Positions 10,964 to 24,480 of a DNA stretch of 64,000 nucleotides are shown in pieces. Below the pieces are notes generated by a model that had not been told where the DNA came from, ran no database searches, and saw nothing but the letters and a program-made list of their open reading frames with translations. Position numbers and translations under genes: made by a program. The stretch's first letter is position 1, and each line of letters begins with the position of its first letter. This DNA comes from Azolla caroliniana (lineage: Eukaryota > Plantae > Polypodiophyta): NCBI GenBank assembly GCA_043228905.1, contig JBHGNT010000009.1, positions 19,592,001 through 19,656,000 on the forward strand, given 5' to 3'.

Positions 10964-12506
10964 GATAGAGCTCAAAATGAGACTCCCATTGGCCCAACCA
11001 CGTGCAGATTGCTTCTTCGTTTCTTTCCTTTTTTTTTCTCCCGTAAATGGCTTAACGACAAATGGTGGTTCACCTTGTTGCTCATCAAGTCTATTAGTCT
11101 CACGTTGTAAACTAATGACATGTGCCTCGAGAGCACTTTGAGATTGCCGAAGTTCGGTCATCTGTTGAGCGGTGAAACTAAGGTATTGGCTTATTTGTGA
11201 AAAATACATCTCAATGGACATTTGTCCAGGAGGATTTCCTTGAGTTCCTTTCGCATGAGCGGATGACGTCGGGTCATTATTTTGAGCCATTGAATGATTA
11301 TTTCTCGCAAAGAATTAGGATAAGGTTAGACAAATAGTCATAACATCATGTTGTGATGTAAACATATCATGGGAAAACATTAATCGATATCATGATCTCA
11401 CGTCAATACCCCTCTAGACATATGAGATGAGGTTGAAGATCAGGTTACTATGGTAACACAAAGGTGTTTTAAAAACGATGGGGGTGACAAATTAATGTCT
11501 TTCCCTGATCTCTATATTGATTTTTTCATGGCAACTCCCCGAGGCTCAACCATGTATGTTCACGTAATGAATAGTTTATACAAGAAAAAAATGTTAACAA
11601 TAAACTATGTTTTAGCTCTTTAAGCCGAAGTGCACTTAGACCTCACAAGTCTAAACATGCGTTATAGTCATATGTATCAACGATGTTGTATAGTCTTGGT
11701 CATATTTGAACTCGAGAACTCGAGAACAAATGCATTAAACACTTGAGCCAACCAAGTAGGTTGCTCTTCTTGAATATTTAATATTTAATGCGTATAAGAG
11801 ATATGCGAGGCATTTGCCCATATATGTTTTTTTAAAAGAAACATATATGTCAAGAGTCCTTATTTCCCCCTCGTTTACCACAAACTTTGTTGGTACACTA
11901 CCTAACCTCAAGTCTCATAATTAGGATGGCAAACGCCAAAGTGCAACCTAATGGTCAAGCCAAATGAGCCCTCTTTTCGTAGTAGGTCCATGTGGCCCAT
12001 CACATGGTTACGTCTTTACGAATGCCTTTCGTAAGAATGATCTCATGGTGGCATCGTATCCATGTAATGAGGGAGGGATGTTGGCTATGTGTGTCATAAG
12101 CGCGACCTCACATCAAGTGGGTCAAGCCCTACGTTCTCAACACCATTGTGGCTAAGATTGTTTCATTACGTAACGAAATCAATGTCACCAATGGGGATGT
12201 CAACAATAAAAATTTGTTGAAAAAGGGATGGTGACAACGCCCAAAAATGTGAGGACGGCCACCAAAATCCTTTCCCCGAAAAGGAAAACATTCGATATTG
12301 AAATAACGTAATATCAAATATACACATATGTTTATTTATCACATATATATGATCAAATACGTATACACGTGACCACATAGGCGTATATTAAAAATATCGT
12401 AACATCAAATAGCCAACATATGATGAAATCGAGACACGTAATCGAGGCATATAGCTTCTACGCACACGAAACATCCAAAAATAAGGGTTAATCGTAATAC
12501 ACAATT

Positions 12507-12688
12507 GAGGTATTGACCTCTTACACATACGACACCAAACTCATATCATTTACATAGAAATCGAGGTATTGACCTCATACGCAAACGTAACATATGTTTG
12601 TGAACGTAATACGTAATTGAGGTATTAACCTCGTACGCATACGACACTAATCACATATTAAATATATATCAAATGAGGTATTGACCTC
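12507..12688. repeat. Tandem array with 56-bp period and conserved palindrome GAGGTATT(G/A)ACCTC
   Basis: Copies start at 12507, 12563, 12619 and 12675, in the 5' UTR of the Ty3 element. Confidence 0.85.
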
Positions 12689-12946
12689 GTGCACATATGT
12701 AAACGTTTTATATAACCAATTAATTACCACTACAACATCATTGAATTAATGATTTTTTTTTTACGTATGACCATATACATCATTAGAAGGGAGAAGAAAA
12801 AATAGAAAAAAAAACAAGAAAGATTACCGAAGTTCCTTTGTTGATCGTTGTCTGGATCAAGGCCGACCGCACATCGATCGATCACCATCAATCATGAAGA
12901 CAAAAGACAACAAAAGAAACATTAGAACATGAGCTCTGATACCAAC

Positions 12947-13388
12947 TATTAGAGATATGATCTAACATAAGCATATGATAAGGATAAAAGATTGATAGAT
13001 AGATAGAAAGGAGAGAGAGAGAAAGAAGGGTGTCGATCCACCTGACCACCCCCCGAGCGAAGGGATCGAAACGAACTCGAGCCTCGATTGGTGTCCCATA
13101 CCATCGTCGTGGGGTCAAGTCGTACCTAGTGCTGGCATGCTCACTACAAGAGTTGAACCACCACGAAACAGAGTCTCGACGTAGTCAAAAGATGATGAAA
13201 TGAAGGTAGTTATGCCTCTTATTTATAGTAGTACCCAAGGCCCCAGGCAAGTTCACACTTGGCCTAATGGGTTGTCTCAATCCTGAGGATTAAAAGTAAT
13301 CCTCCCCTTCTTTACACTCTTGTTTAACCCTCACACTTATCAACGTGTATAGAATACCACGGGATATTATATGGTCATGCCCTTAACA
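12947..13388 (-). repeat. 5' LTR of the old Ty3 element
   Basis: Adjacent to the Met PBS. Plus-strand termini TATTAG (mutated TGTTAG) and TAACA, with a TATA on the minus strand at ~13220. Confidence 0.75.
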
Positions 13389-15589
13389 CTTAGTGTTCAA
13401 AACTCATGCTCAAAAAGATACAGACTCAAATCTTAGACCAATGAATGTAATGGTCAATTTTCACTTAACAATATTACCAATGAATCCACATCCACATATG
13501 TCTCTTCACAAAATATACAACTTTGTGCGACAACTCCTTTATATATCATATGACTAATTACATAGTTATTTCTACAAAAGGCCTATTAAGTTACACATAT
13601 GCATAGAGTGGACCCATCCAAGTTGTTTATTTATATTTGCTTTCTTCTTTTAGATCATAGCTCTACACTTTACAAATTACCACAGGTTAATTTGACCAAA
13701 TTCAGCTCTAAGTCTCTAGTATGTGAGTAGTATTCCTTTGAAGAACATGATCATTTATATCTCAAAAATATATTACAATGAATCCTATCCATTCTTCAAT
13801 GCCTCGATGTAATCATGTTGGTTCATTTCACTACCCATAACGATATCTCGTTGCATAATATTTTTCTTGTTATATAATCTTTTCGCCGCGTAGGCCATGT
13901 CATCGAGTTAAAGATTGTTAAAATATCTCGCTTTACTACAAACGGTTTATATCTGCATTATTGTAGGTCACATTAAAATTACAACTACCCTATAATAGGC
14001 AATGCCAACAAACAAAATTCCTAGTTGCCTCTCATTGCTAAAATGTTTCACCCAAAAATTATTGGCAATAAAGAGGCATAATAAATTATTGGAACACTCC
14101 TTATTTTGTTGCATGATGCAGAATATAGATATAGCTTGATAAATTACGTGAATAGTTGCATTTTTTGGTATAGTCTCTATAAGATTTTATGAAAGCAACA
14201 AACGAACAATTTATCAATTCAATATAATTAATGCTCTTTATGTTTGTGGCCCATAATGGTGTAAATTTCATGTAAATCCAAGTGATTGTCCAAATGTCTA
14301 ATAAAATTTGGGCGTTCAAAATAATGAGATCTTTGAAACTACAAAGACAGTGTATATGTGAATTCTTTTCATGAAACATGTTCCATGAGTAAACAAGAAA
14401 CACGAAAGATCAACATTGGCAAGCCTTTTTAGCATATAAATTTGTAAAGAGGGAAGATACTTGTGACAAAAACTTATGTGAAATATTCATTTTGCAAAAT
14501 AGTTTTCCTTGTATATTATTTGGGTTCTCATAGTTCAATCAAACAAGAATAAGAGTCACCTCATATAACTAGATTCTTTTTTGGCAATAAAACACGCCTA
14601 AAACAAATTTGAAAAGAGATTAATGTCAAATGAAATTGGGCACCCAATTTGTTTGCCCTTCACTGGTTACAATATTAGTCACGCACTTCATGAATAATCG
14701 TTGTCTCTAGTTGTAACAGGCGATGCCCATTATGGAAAATATATAACTTAGTTAGTTAATGTAAAATAGAGAGAGTCAACACAAGGCATAACACACAATT
14801 TATAATATTACCTCTCCTCTAGATCAATTATACATAACGTTTCTACATGTGAGGAGTGGGAGAGAGATCATGCCTCCATCAACTTTCATCTACCATCATT
14901 TGTCAACTTTTACGTGGCTCTTGAATGAGCCTTACACAATTATATATTATTCTAAGGTCGGGCCTTCATGTATCCATCAATGGCTATTTGTACTAATACC
15001 AAAAATCCCCTTTTCCTTACATTTATATCATCTACTTATAAATATAATTAGCCTACCAATTGGCTAACATCCCAAAAAAGAGGATTATGGACATATTTCT
15101 TGCGCTTGGGGCACAAGAAGTTGTCGTTGTACAAATGGTGGTAGTGCTTGTATGTGCCCTCTTGGTTGCATGAGTAAGTGTCCTCACACAAGTAGTATTC
15201 ATCATTTTACGTAGCTTATATTGTACATTTCTTTACCAATGAATGTTGCATTCGACAGTGCACATTGTGGTTGTGAGAGAAATTCGTGCAAGGATTGGGC
15301 TTGGTCAAAGATGTGTGGAAAACATGGTCGAATATGATCAAAGGTAAAGCATTGTATCAAATCGTGATACTTAGACTCTCGAATTTGTTAAGGCAAAGTG
15401 TGCATAGTTGGCCACTCTCATCACTTATGCCCTAACACCCCATCTCACATTGCAATGTATGTGCGCTAAGTCGCATGGAAGTAATAGTTCGAATGGTAGA
15501 CAACGGGATGGGCTCTAACATGTATCAATGTGTATGGTTTCCCCATTCCGCGAAGACTATGGTTTTATAGTCAGGTGCAACATGTGTAG

Positions 15590-16560
15590 TATAATGTGTG
15601 AAGTGCGAGCCTCCACATTTGTTCCATGTCATGATACATTGCCGGTGCAAAAAGGCCTCATTTATAGAGGAATTAGTGATGCATCATGAAGCAAGTGTGT
15701 TGCATCCCATCTACCAAACCAAATTTCCATATCTTGCAACAAACAAGACCACAAAAATTTGCTTTTATGCGTCTTTTGGATCCTTTTGCTTGCTTCCATG
15801 CAATTCTAGGAAGTCAATGTGAGGAACTTTTTTGAACCGTTAGCATGTATTCACCAACTCTTTATATGGCTATGATCTCAATGAGAAGTGATCCCATCTC
15901 AAGGAGGAAGGTGTATGATGTTTGGTAACAAAATGTTTTTGGACATTTTCAAACTCTTTCCAAGTAGATTTAGGGACACTACTACCCCAAAGAGAAGCAC
16001 CAATGTCCCCAAAGTGTCGAAAAGCCATTTCATGAGAACCCAACACTTTATATCTCCATGATTGCATGTGTTCTACCACCCTATACTTCCACCCCATAGA
16101 GAAGCACCGATGTCCCCAAAGTGTCGAAAACGCATTTCTTAAGGATCCAACACTTCATATCTCCATGATTGCATATGTTCTCAAATGCATAATATGCTCT
16201 CTTTCCCGTCTCTAAGCGATGTGTAACACATTCATTCCACACATTTAAGTGGCTCATTATTGTACATTAGGCATGAGTTATTTATTTTTGACTCTTCACA
16301 AGCATAATCTTTGTTTTCAAACCATTGACACTTAATTTAATATACATGCAAAATGCCTTCACATGCTTTTATGCATTCATCCCCTAGAATATTTGCAAAA
16401 AGCACTATATCATTAACATATAACAAAAGCATAATGACTATATTCTCAATAGCAACTTCTTCAATGCCTTCTTCCTTTGCAAACTTAACAACCATTTCAT
16501 CCAATTCATCAATGCATAGACCAAATAGAGTTGGTGACAATGGGCATCCTTGCTTAATAA
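15590..16560 (-). pseudogene. Decayed non-LTR (LINE) reverse transcriptase fragment
   Basis: KQGCPLSPTLFGLCIDEL...LLLYVNDIVL resembles the LINE QGCPLSP/YADD motifs. Downstream LWGSSVPKSTWKEFENVQKHF. Local ~85-bp duplication at 15990/16098. Confidence 0.7.
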
Positions 16561-17433
16561 CAATAGTACATAAGGAGCTTCAATAGAATAAATCATTAAT
16601 AAGGTGACTTCATCATTTTACCATGTTTGTAATTGTTTTGGAGGCTTCCCAAAATTGGAAGAACATGAAAGTAGTATGTACCCAAAACCCTCCACCATGT
16701 GATACTAATTCATGAGGTTGCATCATATTCATTTGAATAATTTAACTCCCGTGATAAATTATTGTATTTCACAAAATAAATAATCTCAAGTGAAATTATT
16801 GTAATAGATATCATTTGAGTGTGTTTCGTAAGCAATCTTTCATCTGCAATGCAGTTTTCCTTAGTTTTTGACTCATCTTGAAGCCCCCCAATCATAACCT
16901 TTTAAAGTACTAAAATGTAAATTCTTGTAATATATGTTTGACAGCCATTTCTATGCCCAATATATCTACATACATAGAGGACTTCCACACTCATTAGCAT
17001 TTTCTCGATCTATTTTAATATCCAGAGAAAATGACAAGAAGCATATTGCAAGTATTTCATTCACTTGGCTAAGCCACACCTTCATTTTATAGATCCACAA
17101 ATGACAACTCTCCCTCAAGCTTCATTCAATAGCATTATAAATCTATATATAATATGAATCACAGCATCCTGACACATGCCAACAAATACCAACTAGAGGA
17201 ACAATATGAGAACAATCTCAGTATGTAGGCATCCACATATCACAGCAGCCTCCGAATCTAGAACATTCACATAAAAAGCTATAAGATGTTTCAATGAGAG
17301 TTGGTAATCTAAAAGCATGCTATGATGAATTTGGACATTGGTTTACTGTGGGCTAAAATCCGAAATACGCTACTATTCAGGCCAAAGCTGCTGATTTTCA
17401 CTCATCACAGGTATAAAATGTATGAAGACCATT

Positions 17434-20400
17434 CTATCCTTTCTGGTTGGTCATCCCATTTTCAGCTAGAAATTCAACAAACTCATCAATCAAGTAGGGC
17501 CAGGCACCCTCAGAATCATAGTTTGATAGAGAAGGATCAATCACCTGTCAAGAAAAATATAAATGTATGTTTTAAGCATATTGAAATAATCACTGGCTCA
17601 AATCAGAGATGACTTACCCTTGAAAACTCAAATAACTGTGCCCACGTATCCTTTGAAATGGCTTTGTTATGCTTGACCTGATGATTTGACATTACATAGA
17701 TCACACACTTAACTAGTATATTTAGGTATACAAAGTAAGAACACAAATTGTAGATTCACAGCAATAACTACACACTGGAACAGAACAAAATGCATTCGGT
17801 TACATAATAAATGGTACAAATATTTGAGGTCTCTTCATAAACATATGAATATTCAAAGTTTAGCATGTACATACCATAACTTACATTATGCACATATTTT
17901 TTAAGTAAATCATCAACTGCAGAGACTGAATTTCCCCACCATACATTCAGAAGTTTCATAATTTCATTAAGTTTCTGATGGTATATTCATCAACCTCTAA
18001 TATAAATAACAGAAATTATTTCGATCTTTTATATTATCATTGGATATTAGTTGTAAGACTTATGTTACACATCTGTTATCAGAGTTATTATATATTTAAA
18101 ATACTCAAATGTTATGTTTTCCCCATGAATTACATCTAGTTCTACTCAGATAATTAAAGCTACATTCAAGACTGACTCAAATTTCAGAATCCCCAAGCAT
18201 TTACTATTCTATCGTAACAGATTCTTCATAAATCACATTCTTTGCTTGCAACATAGTAGAATTCGTAAATTAAAATTTCAAAAGAACACACTAGACCATC
18301 AAAAAGAATATTCCATATCCCAAAATGAAAGGGGATTTTATTGCAGTGGATACTGATATTTCATAAACCCCATCACGTTTGTTCATACACCATGCAGTGA
18401 TTTAATTGGAACTTGTGGTAATGTCACATCCTTATGTGTATATATAGCCCTTTACAATGAGGTGATGAACCTAGGTAGAAGACTAGCTGCAGAGCTTATA
18501 AGAGCAAACCTGCAGAAATTGACACCATTGATCCACCAGAGGCCATTGGCGCTCTGCGAACAATAACTGCCACATCCCAATAGCTGTTTCAAGTGCAAGA
18601 GACTTCTGACCCTATAGGCCAAAATTTCAAAGCATGATTCATCAGTAAAGCAGCTCCACAATATAGAAATACCACCACTATGCTAAGTCATTCTGATTAT
18701 TAAGTAGTCAAAAAAAAAAGTGGTTCTCACTTTTTCCTTGGCCCAGCTAAAAGCAAAATTGTAAATTTCCCGGAATTTCTCTGCCATAAACAGCAGCCAT
18801 ATAATTATTATACAATAGATTCTTTCTTAGATAACAGCAATAATGTTTTGGCTTCAATAAAGTCACAGTAACAGAGAATCCGTGGACAAGGGCATATGCA
18901 GAAGCTCTAAAAAAAAAAAACATTTCTTTTGAGAAGATATGCCTTTACAAATGGATAAAGAGTTATCTCAAAACAACAATCTCTTATTTTCATAGTAAAC
19001 CAGCAGAGCTGGTCTACATTCACACTGTAGTAAGTACATACACAAGTAGCTACAGAATGCTGCAACATAAATCAGGATACGTACTTGATCAGAAGGAAGA
19101 AATCTAGGTACAAAGTGCTGCAACAGAAACGTAATCATGATAATAATCAATACGCACATTGCTACCAGGAAACTTGCTAAAAATGCTAGGTCTAAATTAA
19201 TGGCTGTATGTAATGCTCCATAGAGATTCTTCACAGAAATGTATATGCAAGTAATTGTTCAACCCCATTAATACCTCCAGAGATATTGCCAGAAAGAAGC
19301 TTTGTGTTTCGAAAGTTGCACATAAATATGGTGCATTCTTACTACTTAAAACATGCATCAGATGGCTGAAGGATATTGAAAATACACATCCCATATCATT
19401 TGAACCAAAAATCCAAAGCTTAAGGTTAAGTGAATGTCCATTTTTATTATTAAAACTTACGTTCATTCTTTATCTCTGCACGTAAGGCTGGAAGAATGTA
19501 CTTCAGCTTTTCAATAGAATCAACCCTGCATTGCAAAATTCAGCTCATGCGATACGTGAACCTTTCATCTACACATGAATTGAACATGATTACTTTGCCA
19601 TGAGATAGACTCACCCCAAGGATTGAAGTCCACCAACGAATTCTTGCCGGGAGAATTCACACATTGTTGCAGCTTTCATGTGCCAAGATAACACAAGCTG
19701 AAAAACAGTAAAAAATGGGGTGAATGAGAAACTCTCTAGTAGACAATCTTATGACAGTCAGCCCCTATAAAGCCTTAAAAATCCTCGTACACATGGAAAC
19801 AGAAAAACCATGCAGAAAGAAAAGCTAGAAGTAAGATTATGCTACCCTAGTAAATCACACAAAAATAACTATTGCAATCAGCTCTATGCAACACCATACT
19901 TGCAATTTGAAAATGATTTGTTCTTACCATCACAATATCCCCCGGCTCTACCTACATCCATGACAAAGACCAAAATATTGATCAGCTATCAAGTTCTTGA
20001 TGATTTCTCCTATAATAAAATTAAACCTCATAGAACACTACATAGCAAATGATAAGATTTGAAATGTAACAAGTCTGGATAAGATTCTTAAAGCACATCC
20101 ATGAAAACCAACTAATGAACACAAACATACATTAACTGCAAGCCACTTGATCGGTGATAATATCATTGGTCCATTTCGACTCACATATTTTCCTTTGTTT
20201 TCAAAGTTTGATTATTTAATGGATTGATTTTCAGTTCCATGGTTCAGGATTGACAAGGCTCAGATGGTCCCCTAGTAGAACTGCTGTCCTAGAATCTATC
20301 GAAAATTTGTTTTCAGTCCTATTCCAGTGTTCAGGATTGATGAGCCTTAGACGATGCCCTACATTGCATTACAAGAACTGGTATTATAGGGCCAATTTAT

Positions 20401-22491
20401 AGGCATGGTTTGATACATCATTTTCCGCATGCTCCATCATTCTGACACATGATTGAGGACGTGTTGTATAGCATTCATTTTCTCGGATTTTCTTGGCTTG
20501 GTTGTGGTATATATGAAAATGGCATGTGATTGCCTTCCAGTTAAGGTAGCTTCCCAGTATGAAGTAAATCAAGTTTTCTTTGAGAGAAAATTTATGTGTG
20601 AAGAGAATGTCGCCGATCTGATGGTCATCATATAATCATAGTATCAAATATTGAGCTTGCATCTAGCATGCATGCTCATTTGACAGGTATGAGAAAAGGT
20701 TAGAGGTAAGCAATGTGAATTACACTAGAATGAGGTAGTATAGAGTGAGAATTTTGCCATGGGAATCTATAGATATCTATACAATTACATGAAATGATTG
20801 AGGATATCACGTGAGCCTGCCAATCACTGTTGGGGAAATTCAGAAATTCAGAGCAGTTGCAGTCATACTTGTGCAATGCTGCAATAATGTGGACAATTGG
20901 CAAAAAGCTGGCATGAATAAATCATAGAATAAGAAATTTCCACACTTATCAATAAATAGCACCTGTAAATCATCACAAAATGTAGATATGCCCTCAGCCA
21001 AAATTACATCAGAGAAAGAATCTGCAAAAAAACGGGTATGATAATCATAAACTCATAGTTCCAAGTATAAAAAAGAGTTGAACACCATTTCAACCAAATT
21101 ATGCGATTCAGAAACCTTTATAACGTAGATAAAGTTCATCAAGTTGGCGAAAGTCAATTGCTGGCCTTGATGGTGGCTGATTGTAAAAATAATCAAAGGC
21201 TCCTTCCAAGTTCCAATCACTAGCTTTTAAAGCTGCTACAGCAGACTTTTCTCTGTGAAAATATTAATTTTAGTTTTTTCACATTAGAGATTTAAATCAT
21301 ATGGAACGGACTGTGTGCAATACCCTGCTCCGGATATAGATATAAATTGTTGGACTTTGTCCCGCTGTCCTCTTGCCAACTTGTGCTGTTACAAGCATCC
21401 ACATGTGTGTAGTTAGATAAGAACTATACTAATTAATCATTCTTCTCAACAAAAAGAATATACTGAGATGGAAATGTAATTTCAAAAATCATTCAATGAA
21501 CCTGGCATTTGCATCTAAAAAACAAGGAAAGGTGAAAATAGTAAAGTAAATAGATCCCATATAACAGGGATTTGATTTCAGAATGCATAAAAAAGATTCA
21601 GTAATAATTATGGGAGAACCTCTCACATAAAAAAAGTACAGCCTCATGTTACAGAATGTTTCATTAACTTAAATTCATGAATCATTTCTTTGTAGAAAGC
21701 ATATGAAGAGTTTGATTCCTTTTGTAAAGAAAAAACGTGCCATACAGAACATTCCTTTACATTAAAAGTTCCGCATTTCGATTTGCAGAAGCTTATGAAA
21801 TCAATGTACTCATAAAAAGGTTACAAAAGGAGCTCTTCCTTCAAGAAAATTCAATTTCTTTCCTTACAGATACAGGAATTTCTCTATTCTCTGTTCCTCC
21901 TAGTGTTAACTATTCTCGATAGAACGTCTCTTTACCTTGAATTCTCACATTTTTATTTGCATAATGCAAACCAAACGTAAGTACTAATGTGTCCAATATG
22001 GGAAGCATGCCTTCTGTGAAGAAAATACAAAACACTTGCCTCATAAACCATTTCCTTACCTTATATTCTCGTGTTTGGATTTGCAGAAAGCATATAAAAT
22101 CAAGAGTAAGTACTAATGCTGCCAATATTGGAAGGATGCCTTCCATGACGAAAAAACAGTAACTTGCCTTATAGTCCATTTGCTAACCTTATATTCTCTC
22201 CTTTGAATTTGCAGAAAGCATAAAAAATCGAAGTACGAATGCCAAGATTACAGAAAGGGCACCATTTCTAAGAAAAATTATGTCTACAGAAAGTTATTTG
22301 AACACAAATTCTCACATTCGGGTTTTCAGAAAACCCAGACCAGTAATGCAAAGCGACGTCTTTCTAACATTTGCACAAAAGCAAAATATACATGGGCCTT
22401 ACAAGAATGTTTCTTTTTTATACTTCCAGAAGCTGGAGCAATTCAGGTTTAGTAAGCCGAGAGCTTAAGGTAAATCAAAGAAACTTACCAT
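17434..22491 (-). CDS. DCN1: DCN1-like protein (defective in cullin neddylation 1; UBA-like + PONY domain), 251 aa, 11 coding exons
   Basis: GT-AG exons: 22491-22489 (ATG), 21385-21324, 21252-21116, 21021-20963, 19951-19928, 19697-19615, 19525-19461, 18780-18731, 18611-18510, 17677-17618, 17544-17434, totalling 756 nt. Translation [45 protein letters not shown]...[16 protein letters not shown]...[29 protein letters not shown]...[17 protein letters not shown]...[20 protein letters not shown]. Confidence 0.95.
21934..22270. repeat. Diverged ~125-bp tandem repeat (about 2.7 copies) in DCN1 intron 1
   Basis: Units begin ACCTT(G/A)(A/T)ATTCTC at ~21934, 22058 and 22186 and share TTGCA...AAGTAC.AATG. 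Confidence 0.65.
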
Positions 22492-22873
22492 TGCTAGCAA
22501 AAAGAAGAGAGTTCCAAGTCGAGGGAGAAAGAGAATGGTCGAGGTATTGGAGGAGAGGAGTTCAAGATCTGCGGAGAGATGAAGAGCTTGTGGCGACGGG
22601 GAGAAGTCTGTCTATGGTTTAAGCCACATCCGAAGCGATGGAGATGGCGATAGAGGTGGAAGTATGAGCGATGGCGATGGCGATGGCGACCTCGACTCCT
22701 CTCGACTGTACGCTGTCTGCTGCAGAAGAAGAGAGGAGAGGAGAAGAAGAAGAAGAAGAAGGAGAAGATGAGAGAAGGAAGTATTAATATTTATTTAATT
22801 AATTAATTTCCATTCGTTTTTATTCGAAAACGAGAAATAAAAAATTAAAATTAAAAATTAAAATTAAAAAAAA

Positions 22874-22910
<37 letters not shown>
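22492..22910 (-). promoter_or_regulatory. DCN1 5' UTR and proximal promoter with CT/CTT-rich tracts and a (CT)n microsatellite
   Basis: Pyrimidine-rich (minus-strand) sequence directly upstream of the ATG exon, an AT-rich stretch at ~22780-22875 and (AG)n at 22878-22910. Confidence 0.55.
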
Positions 22911-22916
<6 letters not shown>

Positions 22917-23007
22917 AGAATATGGGAAATTACCACAATACCCCTGCCATCCAAAATATCAAGAATTTACCAAAATGCCCCTCCCCCATATATCTACCCC
23001 CCACACA

Positions 23008-23147
23008 AAGAAGACATTGTAGTAGCGCCTCTTGTTCGTCCATTGAAGCGAAAGAAGAAGACATTTTGTAGTGCCTCTTATTTGTCCAGGGATCCGAAAG
23101 AAGAAGAAGGCATTATAGTGCCTCTCGTTTGTTCGTTGAAGCAAAAG
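23008..23147. repeat. Three ~47-bp diverged tandem repeats upstream of DCN1
   Basis: AAGAAG.CATT..TAGTGCCTCT..TT.GT...CGAAAG-like unit repeated three times. Confidence 0.6.
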
Positions 23148-24480
23148 ACGATGGTGGAAAAAGAAGGATTTAGCAAAAACACCATATTAGACATCGACAA
23201 CAAAAGAGTGTTTATGGGTGTTTGTGTGCTTGTGTCCAAATGGGTGGAGATCAGATATCATGAATAGGGATGGGGTTCACAACGACTGGGAGACTTCGAC
23301 TCGTCACACCGTGACCGGTTCTTTTAGCCCATTCCTACATGCAACATGTGAGATGACTCAAATGTTGTGTCCTAACCTAGGTGAGGGTAGGTCACTAATA
23401 TTTAGATAAGTGAAGGGTATGTTCACTAATTTTAGAAAAGGGACTAATCTGATTAGATAGAAGTAAGGATAGGTGCATGCACTATCATGAACTTGACAAC
23501 CAATGAATGGATCGTCTTTTAGAAAGGCAAACCTATTCAAGTGTCCTAAGAAAAGGTATAAATATGAGGCTTAGCTGCCTTCATAAGCACATTACGTCAG
23601 AAGGATGTTGTCTTAAGACACCAGTGGTGTGGGCTATAATTTCATCACGATTCATGATTGTGTTATCTCTTCCATTGTATTTACCACCCGAACCAGTCAA
23701 GGTGTAGATGGGCTAGGCTTTCGTCATGACTTGTGTTTATCCTAATATCCAATAGTATGGGACGTTGGTGGTAGGTTGATTATGTCTTAATCATAGCTCT
23801 AGGGTGGTCGAGTGGAACGAGTTCTTCTATCCACTCTATTTACCTTATTTTACTTCATTTGTCTATTGATTAGTATTAGACTCTTAACATGTCCTCCTCT
23901 CCCATCCATCTCCATAGACTACAAAAATGCAAATCAACCCTATAAAATAACGTAAATGTCATGGATAATATAGACCCCCCCTAGACACACACAAGGCTAC
24001 AAGGTGGTTTACGAAGATGGTCACATCATCATCAATTAGAATGTTAACAACTACACATTTATGGCCTATGACACAATATAACCTCTAATAAAATAGTATC
24101 TATCACAAGTTGTTAAGAATTAGGTAATTAACTATGGGTTAATTAGTACCTAATTATGTGATTAAGCTAAGCGGAAGATTAAGTGATATGTGTGTGTATG
24201 TGTGTGAGAGGAAGGGAGAGAGAAGTACATTTATGAACAACACAAGATGGGGGATGATTAACTCTAAACTAAATTAGCATCATCATCATCAAATGCAAGA
24301 TGGGGGATTAACTAAATTAGCATCACCACAATGAGGTATATATACATCTAATGTGCAACGATGCACATGTGTGAGTAGAATATAGGTACAAGGATGTAAG
24401 TCCTATATTCAATATACTTGGTAGTGGAGGATCTTGAATGTATCCCCACTTACGTACAAGTACAAAATCCTATTTAAGGG

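Larger units (their letters stand above)
5400..11290 (-). pseudogene. gag: Ty3 gag split by the Tcn1-like insertion (6520-10963) and a probable intron (5644-~6022)
   Basis: Removing the insertion restores HFELYPTLNSTKIAYVGRELGGKAATWWREL. CCHC knuckle CVFCKKKGHTKEQC at ~5485-5527. Confidence 0.8.
4230..13388 (-). mobile_element. Degenerate Ty3/gypsy (chromovirus-like RT, tRNA-Met PBS), interrupted by two younger insertions
   Basis: 5' LTR 12947-13388, PBS TGGTATCAGAGC (12933-12944, minus), long 5' UTR, gag 11290-10964 plus 6519-~5400, protease (FVDSGSSHNF ~5300) and RT ([30 protein letters not shown]). Confidence 0.9.

Noticed and set aside
12507-12688. CRISPR-like repeat-spacer appearance
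   Set aside because: Eukaryotic TE context, repeats only 14 bp, spacers related to one another, and no cas genes.
13389-15590. Short ORFs in AT-rich intergenic DNA
   Set aside because: No motifs or splice structure I can support. Probably decayed repeats.
19952-20962. Possible snoRNA or alternative exon in the long DCN1 intron
   Set aside because: No convincing C/D box pair with a terminal stem, and no in-frame homology.
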